In this document: in pieces, positions 36,830 through 46,883 of the stretch
How positions within the stretch are numbered: the first letter of the stretch is position 1
How the letters are laid out: each line of letters starts with the position of its first letter
From: a virus
Lineage: Duplodnaviria > Heunggongvirae > Uroviricota > Caudoviricetes
Virus record (IMG/VR): IMGVR_UViG_2671180568_000004
Direction: 5' to 3' (one strand)
DNA: 54,958 bases
Made by a program: the position numbers and the translations under genes
The notes under the pieces: model-generated
Told to the model about the DNA's origin: nothing
Database searches by the model: none
The model's input: only the letters and a program-made list of their open reading frames with translations

Positions 36830-37885
36830 TTATGCTTTCCACTTCAGAACACCCGAATTTCTCGCGTGCATTAAAAAACGAATCAGCAACAACAGCTGGC
36901 TGCCGTGTTTTTCTTCAAAATCTTTTACCCCGGCGTGTAGTTCGCTATGGCATTTACGGCACAGCGGAATAACAAACAAATCATCAGCCTTTGTTCCCAT
37001 CCCTCCCAGTCCATGACCAATGATGTGATGCGGATCATCTGCCTGATTGCCACACGTCATGCATTTCTGCGTTTTTACCCAACGCGTGTATACAGGCATC
37101 TCTTCCCGTTGTGATTTCTGGCGCTGGAGATACTGAGCCGGTGACTCCGGATCAACGGCAATGCTGACCACCGTCTTTTCCTGTGGCGGGTTTTGCTGGT
37201 GAGCGTGAGGCAGCGGCGCAAGATTTTTTGTGCGCTGCTTCAGTATGCTGGTGGCGGTCTGCTCTCCCGGTACGATGTCGCTTTCACGGTACATTGAGCG
37301 GATTTTTTCCGCACGCAACCCCAGCGAACGACGTAATACCGCTTCCGGTAGCGCGTCCGCCACCTGATTGCGGACCGCCCACCAGGATAATTCAGCCAGC
37401 GATAATTCCCGTTCCTGCGAGCCATTCATTGCATGGCGTATGACGTCAATCATCCATGCAGACAGGTTTTGGTGAGCAAGTTGCCCGAGTGATTCGGAGG
37501 TCTGGTCGCGCAGTTGGTTGTCGCAGTGCCAGCACAACACCATTGCGCCGGTACCATAACGGTGAATGACGGTTTCACTGTGGTGATAATCGCCGTGTGG
37601 CCACTGGCAGGATTTAACATGGCGCAGTAACCAGTCAGACAATGCGCCAGCGCCACCAGCAGCACGAATCACTCGTTCGTCGCTGAAAAATGGCAGTAAT
37701 GATTTATCCTCCGCCAGCGGCTGGCGAACGGCAGGAACGACCCCGGACGGCAGATTACGCATGCTTTTCGGTTCCGGCTCCACCAGTACCCGGGTATTGT
37801 GGAATACCGGCATGGATTCACGGCCCGGCTTAACGATCACCAGCCCGAGTTCCGGTACCAGAACAGGTCGAAGTAATACCCGCAC
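36830..37885 (-). CDS. DUF968-like nin-region protein with C-terminal HNH-like Cys/His motif
   Basis: 351 aa; GTG start with GGAGGT RBS; CMTCGNQADDPHHI...CRKCHSELH. Confidence 0.65.
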   Translation of the reverse strand: MRVLLRPVLVPELGLVIVKPGRESMPVFHNTRVLVEPEPKSMRNLPSGVVPAVRQPLAEDKSLLPFFSDERVIRAAGGAGALSDWLLRHVKSCQWPHGDYHHSETVIHRYGTGAMVLCWHCDNQLRDQTSESLGQLAHQNLSAWMIDVIRHAMNGSQERELSLAELSWWAVRNQVADALPEAVLRRSLGLRAEKIRSMYRESDIVPGEQTATSILKQRTKNLAPLPHAHQQNPPQEKTVVSIAVDPESPAQYLQRQKSQREEMPVYTRWVKTQKCMTCGNQADDPHHIIGHGLGGMGTKADDLFVIPLCRKCHSELHAGVKDFEEKHGSQLLLLIRFLMHARNSGVLKWKA

Positions 37886-37886
37886 G

Positions 37887-38159
37887 TTACCTCCAGATGC
37901 GTTGCTGGAATGTGCGGGACGGACGCGGTGGGCGTTCAGAGTAAGGAAGCCTGACGGAGATTATCCAGTGACGATAATCGAGGCTGAGGGCTTTCTTAAT
38001 CTCGTATCCGCGTCTGCGGTAGTTATGAATTAGCCATTCGGCCTGTTCTTCAGTACATGGTGGGTGTTGGTACCAGTCGGTTTTAAATGCGTGTGAACGC
38101 CGCCCATGCCGGATGGCAAGGTCGGTATCAGAATTGTGAAATTTGGTTTTGTGCGCCAT
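37887..38159 (-). CDS. hypothetical nin-region protein (90 aa)
   Basis: ORF track; family uncertain. Confidence 0.45.
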   Translation of the reverse strand: MAHKTKFHNSDTDLAIRHGRRSHAFKTDWYQHPPCTEEQAEWLIHNYRRRGYEIKKALSLDYRHWIISVRLPYSERPPRPSRTFQQRIWR

Positions 38160-38229
38160 CTGTTTTCTCTGCTGGCGCAGCAGGTGTCAGGTGTTCAGGC
38201 TGACGTGCGAATTGTAAACCAGAATGCCA

Positions 38230-38258
38230 GAAAAAAACAAAACCCGCCGAAGCGGGTT
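38230..38258 (-). terminator. rho-independent terminator downstream of hok
   Basis: hairpin AACCCGC-TTCG-GCGGGTT followed by TTTTGTTTTTTT on the minus strand. Confidence 0.6.
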
Positions 38259-38326
38259 AAGTGCGGGTGCGTTGAGGATGCCTGACACATCAGAGGTGGC
38301 GAGGGATTTCTCCCCCGCCCGGTCTC

Positions 38327-38482
38327 TTACTCCTCAGGTTCGTAAGCTGTGAAGACAGCGACCTCCGTCTGGCCGGTTCGGATTCGTACCTCGCAGAGGT
38401 CTTTCCTCGTTACCAGTGCCGTCACTATGACGGTTAAACAGATGACGATCAGGGCGATTAGCATCGCCTTTTGCTGCTTCAT
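38327..38482 (-). CDS. hok: Hok/Gef-family type I toxin (51 aa)
   Basis: MKQQKAMLIALIVICLTVIVTALVTRKDLCEVRIRTGQTEVAVFTAYEPEE; in-frame upstream extension to 38539 may be a mok-like frame. Confidence 0.85.
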   Translation of the reverse strand: MKQQKAMLIALIVICLTVIVTALVTRKDLCEVRIRTGQTEVAVFTAYEPEE

Positions 38483-38773
38483 AGCCTGCTTCTCCTTGCC
38501 TTTCGGCACGTAAGAGGCTAACCTACGTGTGTAGAGCATAGATATGGCCTCAGATTAATGTTAAGCGTCTTGCCGGACGCGTAATGTTAACTGGGGCTTT
38601 TCTCTATCTGCCTTTTGGTGTTCATGCCTGAGACAGATAGCCTCAAGCACCCGCTGCAATTCTACTTAACTCTCCTTTTCCCGCAAACCGTTTTTATCCC
38701 CAGCGGCAAATCGAATACACCACCAGCGCCACCGCCATCGCAATTCCTACCGTTGTTAATGCTTCAGGCCAGC

Positions 38774-39676
38774 TCATTGATTCACCTCCTGCGGCGGTTC
38801 TGGTAGCGGCATCCAGTGTGACGGTTTCCACGACGCACCAGGAATTATCCACCCATCATTAGCGTCAGGATGCCCGGGGATGTAAGTAGCCCATTTCATT
38901 CGCCAGTCACCTTTCCTGTCAAACTCCACGGCAACAAGAACGGCTGTTTTGGTATTCGGCATTCGCTCACTACAGCTTATCCAACCATCCGGAGTTGCCG
39001 GAGAGTTGCCCGATAGTGCATTCTGCTCCAGTGATGCTTTTACAAACCACGCTGCCTGAACTATAACGCCATGAATCCAGCGCAAATCAGCATCGCGATC
39101 TTTCTTTTTCATCTTTTCGCCACTTAAGGCCTTGCTTATGTGGCTGCGTACCAGGTCTTCATGTAATTCCTTCGCCTCCTCAATGGTGAAACCACCAGGC
39201 AGAAGAGCCGGAGTTACCGGAGAGCTGGTTGACGCTTCCGGGATTTCCCGAAAATTATTGGTTGACGAATTCTTGCTTTCCCGAAAGTTTCCGGACTGAA
39301 GCATGGCGGTGCGGCAGGAGTTCCATATTTCGGCAGCAATATCGCGCTCGCTATCGGTTAATTTGTACGTGGAAACATAGCCAGAGAGCATTTCTACGTT
39401 TTCCGGAGTTGCTTCTTCCGGCACTACCGGCGCTGGCGGGGCGATGCGTCCAAGCAACTTATTTACCTCTTTCGCCATCGCGTCATATTTATCTAAATGG
39501 CGATTAGCTTCTAAGCAGACTCGGCGCATCTGATCTGAGTTAACTCGTTTAACTGGATCTGCTTCCAGCGATGCCAGCGCAATCCGTGCCAGTTCCATTT
39601 GTTCACCACGGGTAAGCCCGTTTTCAAGCGGATTTTTAATGAACAATTCAATACGTTCTTTGGTAATAGTGGTCAT
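38774..39676 (-). CDS. DUF551-like domain protein
   Basis: 300 aa; C-terminal WISCSERMPNTKTAVLVAVEF...WKPSHWMPLPEPP. Confidence 0.55.
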   Translation of the reverse strand: MTTITKERIELFIKNPLENGLTRGEQMELARIALASLEADPVKRVNSDQMRRVCLEANRHLDKYDAMAKEVNKLLGRIAPPAPVVPEEATPENVEMLSGYVSTYKLTDSERDIAAEIWNSCRTAMLQSGNFRESKNSSTNNFREIPEASTSSPVTPALLPGGFTIEEAKELHEDLVRSHISKALSGEKMKKKDRDADLRWIHGVIVQAAWFVKASLEQNALSGNSPATPDGWISCSERMPNTKTAVLVAVEFDRKGDWRMKWATYIPGHPDANDGWIIPGASWKPSHWMPLPEPPQEVNQ

Positions 39677-39686
39677 GTGTTACTCC

Positions 39687-39950
39687 TTAACCCGCAGTGC
39701 TTTCAACTGATGAGGGGAACAAAATCTTTTCATCAAACCCTGCATTCATATCATGAACAGCAACACACCAATCCATCGACGAACGATTATCAAGAGCCTC
39801 CATGATTTCATCCATGCGGCGCAGGTCATACAGGTAAATGCTTTTATCGCCAATGGTGTAAAAACCAATTTTTTTCGGTGATGGACAGCGATCAAGAACG
39901 TCCTGTAATTCGCTCAACCATGCTTGTTCTTTTTTTGTCAAAGTTGCCAT
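39687..39950 (-). CDS. hypothetical nin-region protein (87 aa)
   Basis: ATG with AAGGAGAG RBS embedded in a conserved junction sequence. Confidence 0.5.
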   Translation of the reverse strand: MATLTKKEQAWLSELQDVLDRCPSPKKIGFYTIGDKSIYLYDLRRMDEIMEALDNRSSMDWCVAVHDMNAGFDEKILFPSSVESTAG

Positions 39951-39951
39951 A

Positions 39952-40443
39952 TCACTCTCCTTTGATGCGAATGCCAGTGGTACTCATTCTCCTGATTTCC
40001 CAGAGCACACGAGGAACACCACCGTTTCCGACCGGATCGCGTTTACTCCGCAGGGCGACGCTTGATTCCGCCCAGCTTTTTCTTGGAGGAAGCTCTTTCA
40101 CACGAACAAAACCAGCTGCGCGGAGAGATGCTCCTGATTCATCTGCCTGGGTGTACGTAATACAACGTTGATAACCCATAGCCTTTGCTGCCCGCCAGAC
40201 AGCACCATAAAGCGCGCTGTTAGCGTTGCGTTCTCCTGTGGTACATGTGCGATTTACTTCAAGCGTTAATCCATCGTCCAAATGTCGTGCAACAGGTCTA
40301 CCGGCTGTCGCCACACCTATCAATTCTCCGGCATCATTTCTCAGACCAATGCTGAATTTATGCCCCACCGGGGGTTTATTGTGTCGGTGATGTCTGGATA
40401 TAAACGCCTTCGCAACACGAAGAGTAACCGGTGAAATTTGCAT
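39952..40443 (-). CDS. hypothetical protein with GNAT-like sequence pattern (163 aa)
   Basis: ATG (MQISPV) with AAGGAG RBS; ...GVATAGRPVARHLDDGLTLEVNR...YTQADESGASLRAAGF suggests an acetyltransferase-like fold (weak). Confidence 0.45.
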   Translation of the reverse strand: MQISPVTLRVAKAFISRHHRHNKPPVGHKFSIGLRNDAGELIGVATAGRPVARHLDDGLTLEVNRTCTTGERNANSALYGAVWRAAKAMGYQRCITYTQADESGASLRAAGFVRVKELPPRKSWAESSVALRSKRDPVGNGGVPRVLWEIRRMSTTGIRIKGE

Positions 40444-40445
40444 TC

Positions 40446-40805
40446 TCACTCTCCTTTGATGCCAATGTTTACAGACTGGCAAGCCTCTTTGAGCACCCAG
40501 TCAACAGCGTCTTTCCATGCTCCGGTTTCGACTGGCGGATTCTCACGCTTTACCTGTTCATAGAAACGCACTGCTTTAATCAATCCTTCTGGTGTCAGTG
40601 GCACAGGCGGGGCAGTGAATAACACCTGAATTTCATAGTTCGGTCCGTCGTTGCAATCCTCTTTTGTCGGTACATATTTCCAGTCACCAACCCACTGCTT
40701 CCCCTGAAAGTCTGTAACGCCTTTTTTCACGTAGCGATATCGCCATGCCACTGGTTTTGCCTGCCCTGCCTTTTCATGCCCTTCCTGATAATTAATCTCG
40801 CTCAT
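40446..40805 (-). CDS. hypothetical nin-region protein (119 aa)
   Basis: ORF track; ends IGIKGE at the junction sequence. Confidence 0.5.
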   Translation of the reverse strand: MSEINYQEGHEKAGQAKPVAWRYRYVKKGVTDFQGKQWVGDWKYVPTKEDCNDGPNYEIQVLFTAPPVPLTPEGLIKAVRFYEQVKRENPPVETGAWKDAVDWVLKEACQSVNIGIKGE

Positions 40806-40970
40806 TCATCGCCCCACTCATCACAATATGCTTCGACCGGTGTTTTCCCTGCTTCATAATCATCACGCCATGCTTCAGCATCAGCGGCACTTCCACCGCG
40901 TAACTCTGCATAATCCATTAACAGTTCATGCCATTCTTCAAAACTGGCGTTATATTTAGTTGAACCAAAA

Positions 40971-41153
40971 TCAGCCATTTTGTTCTTCCTCTTCGTCTTT
41001 TATTTCGTGGTATGAGTAATTGCAGTAGTTAAAGAAAATATCTTTAGCTTCATCCTGTATTTCATCTGGTGTTGCATCATCATCCACTTCGAATTCATCC
41101 TCGAAATCTCCACCGGCTATTCCCGTTTCAATAATTATTTTGAATTTTCGCAT
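40971..41153 (-). CDS. hypothetical small acidic protein (60 aa)
   Basis: ORF track; a further 57-aa ORF (about 40803..40977, MADFGSTKYNASFEEW...) lies just downstream. Confidence 0.35.
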   Translation of the reverse strand: MRKFKIIIETGIAGGDFEDEFEVDDDATPDEIQDEAKDIFFNYCNYSYHEIKDEEEEQNG

Positions 41154-41281
41154 TTCACTACCGCCCTTTCGGACGGCCTCCTGATGTTCTGAGGGTGCAG
41201 GAATCCCTCCGGTTAAGGATTTAATAAAAATCGTTTCTGATTTAAATCTTCAGTATTTAGTTGTTAGTCGGTTTATAGCCT

Positions 41282-41593
41282 TTATGCTTCGGCCTTATTT
41301 CTCAGCCATACACAAACCGGGCCATCTTCGGTGTCATGTATTGAACCAATAAACCATCCATTGTCCTCTGGTCGTTCCGGTTCCCATGCAGAAATATCAG
41401 CATCACACGCATCAAGGTCAGCACATCCTTCATCTCTGAAGCAGAGGACGTATTGAAGATTATTTTCCTCCATCCAGGCGTTAAACTCTTCCGTTGAAAT
41501 ATATTCCCGACCGTCACAGAATTTTTCATATTCAGGATGCGTCCAGTAGCCATATTCATCACGTACTACTGGTATTTCTTTAATTTCATTCAT
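41282..41593 (-). CDS. hypothetical protein (103 aa)
   Basis: ORF track. Confidence 0.45.
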   Translation of the reverse strand: MNEIKEIPVVRDEYGYWTHPEYEKFCDGREYISTEEFNAWMEENNLQYVLCFRDEGCADLDACDADISAWEPERPEDNGWFIGSIHDTEDGPVCVWLRNKAEA

Positions 41594-41840
41594 TTCTGTT
41601 CTCCCACGTTTTCAGACTTTCACCACAGAACGGACAAAATGAAACCCGAACTGGTAATTTAGAAAATTCACCGGAACGCAACATCACAAAATCAGGACCG
41701 CGAGTTAAACTCTCATTCCAGATTTTGTATATCAGCAGACCTTTTCGCATCGTGTATTCAGCATCACGCTCAAGGGACTTTGCCAGTGCTGCACATGGTT
41801 CTATCTTGTTGCCATTAACCTGGCATTTTGATTCACTCAC
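41586..41840 (-). CDS. hypothetical zinc-ribbon-like protein (84 aa)
   Basis: GTG start with GGAGG RBS; CxxC...FCPFCGE. Confidence 0.45.
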   Translation of the reverse strand: MSESKCQVNGNKIEPCAALAKSLERDAEYTMRKGLLIYKIWNESLTRGPDFVMLRSGEFSKLPVRVSFCPFCGESLKTWENRNE

Positions 41841-42102
41841 CGCACCACCTCCTCAAAATTCCCCTGATAAAACGTAAGCGTACAGCCTGAACCGTCTGGT
41901 CAGAATCTGACGAATTAGACAAAGTGGTGTCCACCAAATAAGTAGTGGGAACCAAAGTGTCAGATATGCAGAAAAATGTGACTCCCGGCAGGCGAAAAGG
42001 CTGCCCTAATTATCCTCCCGAATTTAAACAGCAGCTCGTTGCTGCCTCCTGTGAACCCGGGATATCCATCTCAAAACTTGCTCTTGAAAATGGCATTAAC
42101 GC

Positions 42103-42112
42103 NNNNNNNNNN
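42103..42112. other. N10 scaffold gap; 41874..42102 repeated verbatim at 42113..42341 (restart exactly at the IS end)
   Basis: read directly. Confidence 0.9.
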
Positions 42113-42183
42113 GTAAGCGTACAGCCTGAACCGTCTGGTCAGAATCTGACGAATTAGACAAAGTGGTGTCCACCAAATAAGTA

Positions 42184-42585
42184 GTGGGAACCAAAGTGTC
42201 AGATATGCAGAAAAATGTGACTCCCGGCAGGCGAAAAGGCTGCCCTAATTATCCTCCCGAATTTAAACAGCAGCTCGTTGCTGCCTCCTGTGAACCCGGG
42301 ATATCCATCTCAAAACTTGCTCTTGAAAATGGCATTAACGCCAATCTGTTGTTCAAATGGCGACAACAATGGCGCGAGGGAAAGCTGCTATTACCTTCTT
42401 CAGAGAGCCCCCAGCTACTTCCTGTGACTCTCGATGCAACTGCCGAACAGCCAGAATCGCTCGCAGAGGACCCGGAAACCCTCAGTATCAGCTGTGAGGT
42501 AACGTTCCGGCACGGGACGCTCCGCTTCAATGGCAATGTCAGCGAAAAGCTCCTGACTCTGCTGATACAGGAACTGAAGCGATGA
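42184..42585 (+). CDS. IS66-family accessory protein (first ORF)
   Basis: 133 aa; HTH-like N-terminus; a partial duplicate lies at 41945..42102 before the gap. Confidence 0.8.
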   Translation: MGTKVSDMQKNVTPGRRKGCPNYPPEFKQQLVAASCEPGISISKLALENGINANLLFKWRQQWREGKLLLPSSESPQLLPVTLDATAEQPESLAEDPETLSISCEVTFRHGTLRFNGNVSEKLLTLLIQELKR

Positions 42586-42929
42586 TCCCGTTACCTTCCG
42601 GGACCAAAATTTGGCTGGTTGCCGGTATCACCGATATGAGAAATGGCTTCAACGGCCTGGCTGCGAAAGTACAGACGGCGCTGAAAGACGATCCCATGTC
42701 CGGCCATGTTTTCATTTTCCGGGGCCGCAGCGGCAGTCAGGTTAAACTGCTGTGGTCCACCGGTGACGGGCTGTGCCTCCTGACCAAACGGCTGGAGCGT
42801 GGGCGCTTCGCCTGGCCGTCAGCCCGTGATGGCAAAGTGTTCCTTACGCAGGCGCAGCTGGCGATGCTGCTGGAAGGTATCGACTGGCGACAGCCCAAGC
42901 GGCTGCTGACCTCCCTGACCATGCTGTAA
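42582..42929 (+). CDS. IS66-family TnpB-like protein (second ORF)
   Basis: 115 aa; overlaps the first ORF by 4 nt. Confidence 0.8.
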   Translation: MIPLPSGTKIWLVAGITDMRNGFNGLAAKVQTALKDDPMSGHVFIFRGRSGSQVKLLWSTGDGLCLLTKRLERGRFAWPSARDGKVFLTQAQLAMLLEGIDWRQPKRLLTSLTML

Positions 42930-42978
42930 ATCTCTTTATCCTGGTTGTCACAGAATAAGCCCGGTAAAATACGGGCTT

Positions 42979-43841
42979 ATGAACGACATCTCTTCTGACG
43001 ACATCTTCCTGCTGAAACAGCGCCTGGCCGAACAGGAAGCGCTGATCCACGCCCTGCAGGAAAAGCTGAGCAACCGGGAGCGCGAAATAGACCATCTGCA
43101 GGCGCAGCTGGATAAACTCCGCCGGATGAACTTCGGCAGTCGTTCCGAAAAAGTCTCCCGCCGTATCGCACAAATGGAAGCCGATCTGAACCGGCTTCAG
43201 AAAGAGAGCGATACGCTGACTGGTAGGGTGTATGACCCGGCAGTACAGCGTCCGTTGCGTCAGACCCGCACCCGTAAGCCGTTCCCTGAATCACTACCCC
43301 GTGACGAAAAGCGACTGTTGCCTGCGGCGCCGTGCTGCCCGAACTGCGGCGGTTCACTGAGCTATCTGGGCGAGGATACCGCCGAACAGCTGGAGTTGAT
43401 GCGTAGCGCCTTCCGGGTTATCCGGACGGTACGGGAAAAACATGCCTGTACTCAGTGCGATGCCATCGTGCAGGCACCTGCACCTTCGCGGCCCATCGAG
43501 CGGGGTATCGCCGGACCGGGGCTGCTGGCCCGCGTGCTGACCTCGAAGTATGCAGAGCACACCCCGCTGTATCGCCAGTCAGAAATATACGGCCGGCAAG
43601 GTGTGGAGCTGAGCCGTTCACTGCTGTCGGGCTGGGTGGATGCATGCTGCCGGCTGCTGTCTCCGCTGGAAGAGGCGCTTCATGGCTATGTCATGACTGA
43701 CGGCAAACTCCATGCCGATGATACCCCGGTCCAGGTACTGCTGCCGGGTAATAAGAAGACGAAGACCGGGCGGTTGTGGGCGTATGTTCGTGATGACCGC
43801 AATGCCGGGTCAGCGTTGGCACCTGCAGTGTGGTTCGCTTA
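42979..43841 (+). CDS. IS66-family transposase, 5' part (continues at 45633 in this scaffold)
   Basis: zinc-finger CCPNCGG...CTQCD and coiled-coil N-terminus; sequence 43738..43841 reappears at 45633..45736. Confidence 0.75.
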
Positions 43842-43879
43842 GGGGTCTGACGCTCAGTGGAACGAAAACTCACGTTAAG
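43842..43879. repeat. Tn3-family 38-bp terminal inverted repeat
   Basis: GGGGTCTGACGCTCAGTGGAACGAAAACTCACGTTAAG read directly. Confidence 0.85.
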
Positions 43880-45177
43880 CAACGTTTTCTGCCTCTGACG
43901 CCTCTTTTAATGGTCTCAGATGTCCTTTGGTCACCAGTTCTGCCAGCGTGAAGGAATAATGGCCGAGCATATTGATATGTCCGTGGCAAAGCGGGGAGAG
44001 GCGTGCGATATCTTCATCATTCAGTGTTTCACCCTGCGCCCGGAGATGATCCAGGGCTGCCTGCATATAAATAGTGTTCCATAACACGACGGCGTTAGTG
44101 ACCAGCCCCAGTGTGCCCAGTTGATCTTCCTGACCGTCGGTATATCGTTTTCTTATCTCACCTTTTTGACCGTGACAGATGGCTCTGGCAACGGCATGGC
44201 GACTTTCTCCCCGATTAAGCTGGGTCAGAATGCGCCGGCGGTAATCTTCATCATCAATATAATTAAGCAGATACAGCGTTTTGTTGATGCGCCCCACTTC
44301 AATGATTGCCTGAGTCAGTCCGGAAGGACGTTCACTTTTCAGCAATGAACGGACCAGCACTGAAACCTGTACTTTGCCCAGCTTCAGGGAGCCAGCGGTC
44401 CGGATCATTTCGTCCCACTGAAGGACTATTTTTCGGGGATCTGATTGCCCTCTGGCAATATCATTCAGCACGCCATAGTCGGCATCATGGTCCATTCGCC
44501 AGAAAACCGAAGCACCGGCATCAGCCAGGCGTGGAGAAAACTGGTATCCCAGCAGCCAGAAAAGGCCAAAGACAAGTTCGCTGGCACCTGCTGTATCGGT
44601 CATAATTTCGGTTGGATTCAGCCCGGTCTCCTGTTCCAGAAGACCTTCCAGCACAAAGATAGAGTCCCTCAGCGTCCCCGGTATAACGATGCCATGAAAG
44701 CCGGAATACTGATCGGACACAAAGTTGTACCAGGTGATCCCTCTGTTATTACCAAAGTATTTGCGGTTCGGTCCGGCATTGATTGTTCTGACTGGCGTAA
44801 CAAAGCGCATTCCATCTGCAGATGCCACTTCTCCTCCACCCCATATCTGTGCCAGTGGCAGCGTTGCCTGAAAATCAACCAGTCTGGCATTAGCGCTGGT
44901 GATAGTTTCAGCCCGCAGATAGTTCGCTTTTGTCCAGTTCAGCCGGTGTCGGGTCAGTGCAGGAACATTTGATCTGATCAGTGGTTCCAGACCGATATTG
45001 CAGGCTTCAGCCATCAGCACGGCGCTGATGCTGACGGGCAGATCATCAACTCTGGCACTGGCTTCACTAGCATGGAAAAACTCATCAGCAAATCCGGTAT
45101 GGGCGTTAATTTCGAGCAGCAACTCCGTTAAATCCACCGGAGGGAGTAGATCACTGATCATTTTGCTCAGTCGTTTC
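43875..45177 (-). pseudogene. tnpA: Tn3-family transposase, C-terminal ~435 aa only (5'-truncated by IS26)
   Basis: stop lies within the IR as in Tn3; 5' end abuts the IS26 end. Confidence 0.8.
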
Positions 45178-45622
45178 GGCACTGTTGCAAATAGTCGGTG
45201 GTGATAAACTTATCATCCCCTTTTGCTGATGGAGCTGCACATGAACCCATTCAAAGGCCGGCATTTTCAGCGTGACATCATTCTGTGGGCCGTACGCTGG
45301 TACTGCAAATACGGCATCAGTTACCGTGAGCTGCAGGAGATGCTGGCTGAACGCGGAGTGAATGTCGATCACTCCACGATTTACCGCTGGGTTCAGCGTT
45401 ATGCGCCTGAAATGGAAAAACGGCTGCGCTGGTACTGGCGTAACCCTTCCGATCTTTGCCCGTGGCACATGGATGAAACCTACGTGAAGGTCAATGGCCG
45501 CTGGGCGTATCTGTACCGGGCCGTCGACAGCCGGGGCCGCACTGTCGATTTTTATCTCTCCTCCCGTCGTAACAGCAAAGCTGCATACCGGTTTCTGGGT
45601 AAAATCCTCAACAACGTGAAGA
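45178..45622 (+). mobile_element. IS26 left end and partial transposase (cut off by N10)
   Basis: IR GGCACTGTTGCAAA at 45178; MNPFKGRHFQRDIILWAVRWYCKYGISYRELQEM... matches IS26 transposase. Confidence 0.85.
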
Positions 45623-45632
45623 NNNNNNNNNN
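45623..45632. other. N10 scaffold gap; sequence after the gap restarts at the equivalent of 43738
   Basis: read directly. Confidence 0.9.
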
Positions 45633-46412
45633 CTGCTGCCGGGTAATAAGAAGACGAAGACCGGGCGGTTGTGGGCGTATGTTCGTGATGACCGCAATGC
45701 CGGGTCAGCGTTGGCACCTGCAGTGTGGTTCGCTTACAGCCCGGACAGGAAAGGCATCCATCCGCAGACTCATCTTGCTTGCTTCAGCGGTGTGCTGCAA
45801 GCGGATGCGTACGCCGGGTTCAACGAGCTGTATCGCAATGGTCGGATAACGGAAGCTGCCTGCTGGGCTCATGCCCGCCGAAAGATCCACGATGTGCACG
45901 TCCGCATCCCGTCAGCACTGACGGAAGAAGCCCTGGAGCAGATCGGTCAGTTGTACGCCATAGAGGCGGATATAAGGGGAATGCCGGCAGAGCAGCGGCT
46001 TGCTGAACGTCAGCGAAAAACGAAACCGCTGTTGAAATCCCTGGAAAGCTGGTTGCGTAAAAAGATGAAGACCCTGTCGCGACACTCAGAGTTGGCGAAG
46101 GCGTTCGCGTACGCACTTAACCAGTGGCCGGCACTGACGTACTATGCGAACGATGGCTGGGTGGAAATCGACAACAACATCGCTGAAAATGCCCTGCGAG
46201 CGGTCAGTCTGGGTCGTAAAAACTTCCTGTTCTTCGGCTCTGACCATGGTGGTGAGCGGGGAGCGCTACTGTACAGCCTGATCGGGACGTGCAAACTGAA
46301 TGACGTGGATCCAGAAAGCTACCTTCGCCATGTGCTTGGCGTCATAGCAGACTGGCCGGTCAACCGGGTCAGCGAACTGCTTCCGTGGCGCATAGCACTG
46401 CCAGCTGAATAA
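45633..46412 (+). CDS. IS66-family transposase, 3' part (DDE region)
   Basis: continuation of the 42979 frame once the overlap is collapsed. Confidence 0.75.
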   Translation: MLPGNKKTKTGRLWAYVRDDRNAGSALAPAVWFAYSPDRKGIHPQTHLACFSGVLQADAYAGFNELYRNGRITEAACWAHARRKIHDVHVRIPSALTEEALEQIGQLYAIEADIRGMPAEQRLAERQRKTKPLLKSLESWLRKKMKTLSRHSELAKAFAYALNQWPALTYYANDGWVEIDNNIAENALRAVSLGRKNFLFFGSDHGGERGALLYSLIGTCKLNDVDPESYLRHVLGVIADWPVNRVSELLPWRIALPAE

Positions 46413-46449
46413 CACATCCCCGTCAATACGGCCCTCGCTGTACGCTTAC

Positions 46450-46843
46450 GATAAAACGCCAGTACACGCTGCATAGCTTCACTCTTCCGGCACTCGCGAC
46501 AGATTATGTTTAGGCGCCTGTCGTAGCGACGTATTTCTCCGTCAGGTAATGACCAGATAAGGTCCGGATCAACCGCAGATGGTTTCTTCAGCTTTGCCCT
46601 TGAGAGCTTTTTACGGGCATTTTGCCAGTCCTTACGCGCCTGTTCAGACGGGAATAACCCGTAACCAGAGTTGTATACATCGCCACTGGCAACCAGCTCT
46701 CTGGCCAGAACGCTCATCAGATATCTTGTTGCCCCAGTTTTAGTTTCCAGTTGTCGTAACGTCTCGCGCCCACTCTGGCGTACGAGTTCAACAACCTGCC
46801 CTTTAATTTTTTCCCGCTCTTCTTGTGTAAAAACTTTTGCCAC
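46450..46843 (-). pseudogene. phage gene with its last 9 codons replaced by IS66 insertion (native 131 of ~140 aa retained)
   Basis: frame runs into the IS at 46449; removing IS plus one TSD restores ...VLAFYQGNFEEVVR then stop. Confidence 0.6.
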
Positions 46844-46883
46844 AAGCCCTCCTGAAAATTACCTCATGACCAGAAATTAACAC

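Larger units (their letters stand above)
41874..46449 (+). mobile_element. IS66-family insertion sequence with 8-bp target site duplication GATAAAAC; internally distorted by scaffold joins and a Tn3/IS26 block
   Basis: ends GTAAGCGTACAGCC... and ...GCTGTACGCTTAC are inverted; GATAAAAC at 41866..41873 and 46450..46457; three-ORF IS66 organisation; real element about 2.4 kb after collapsing artefacts. Confidence 0.8.
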
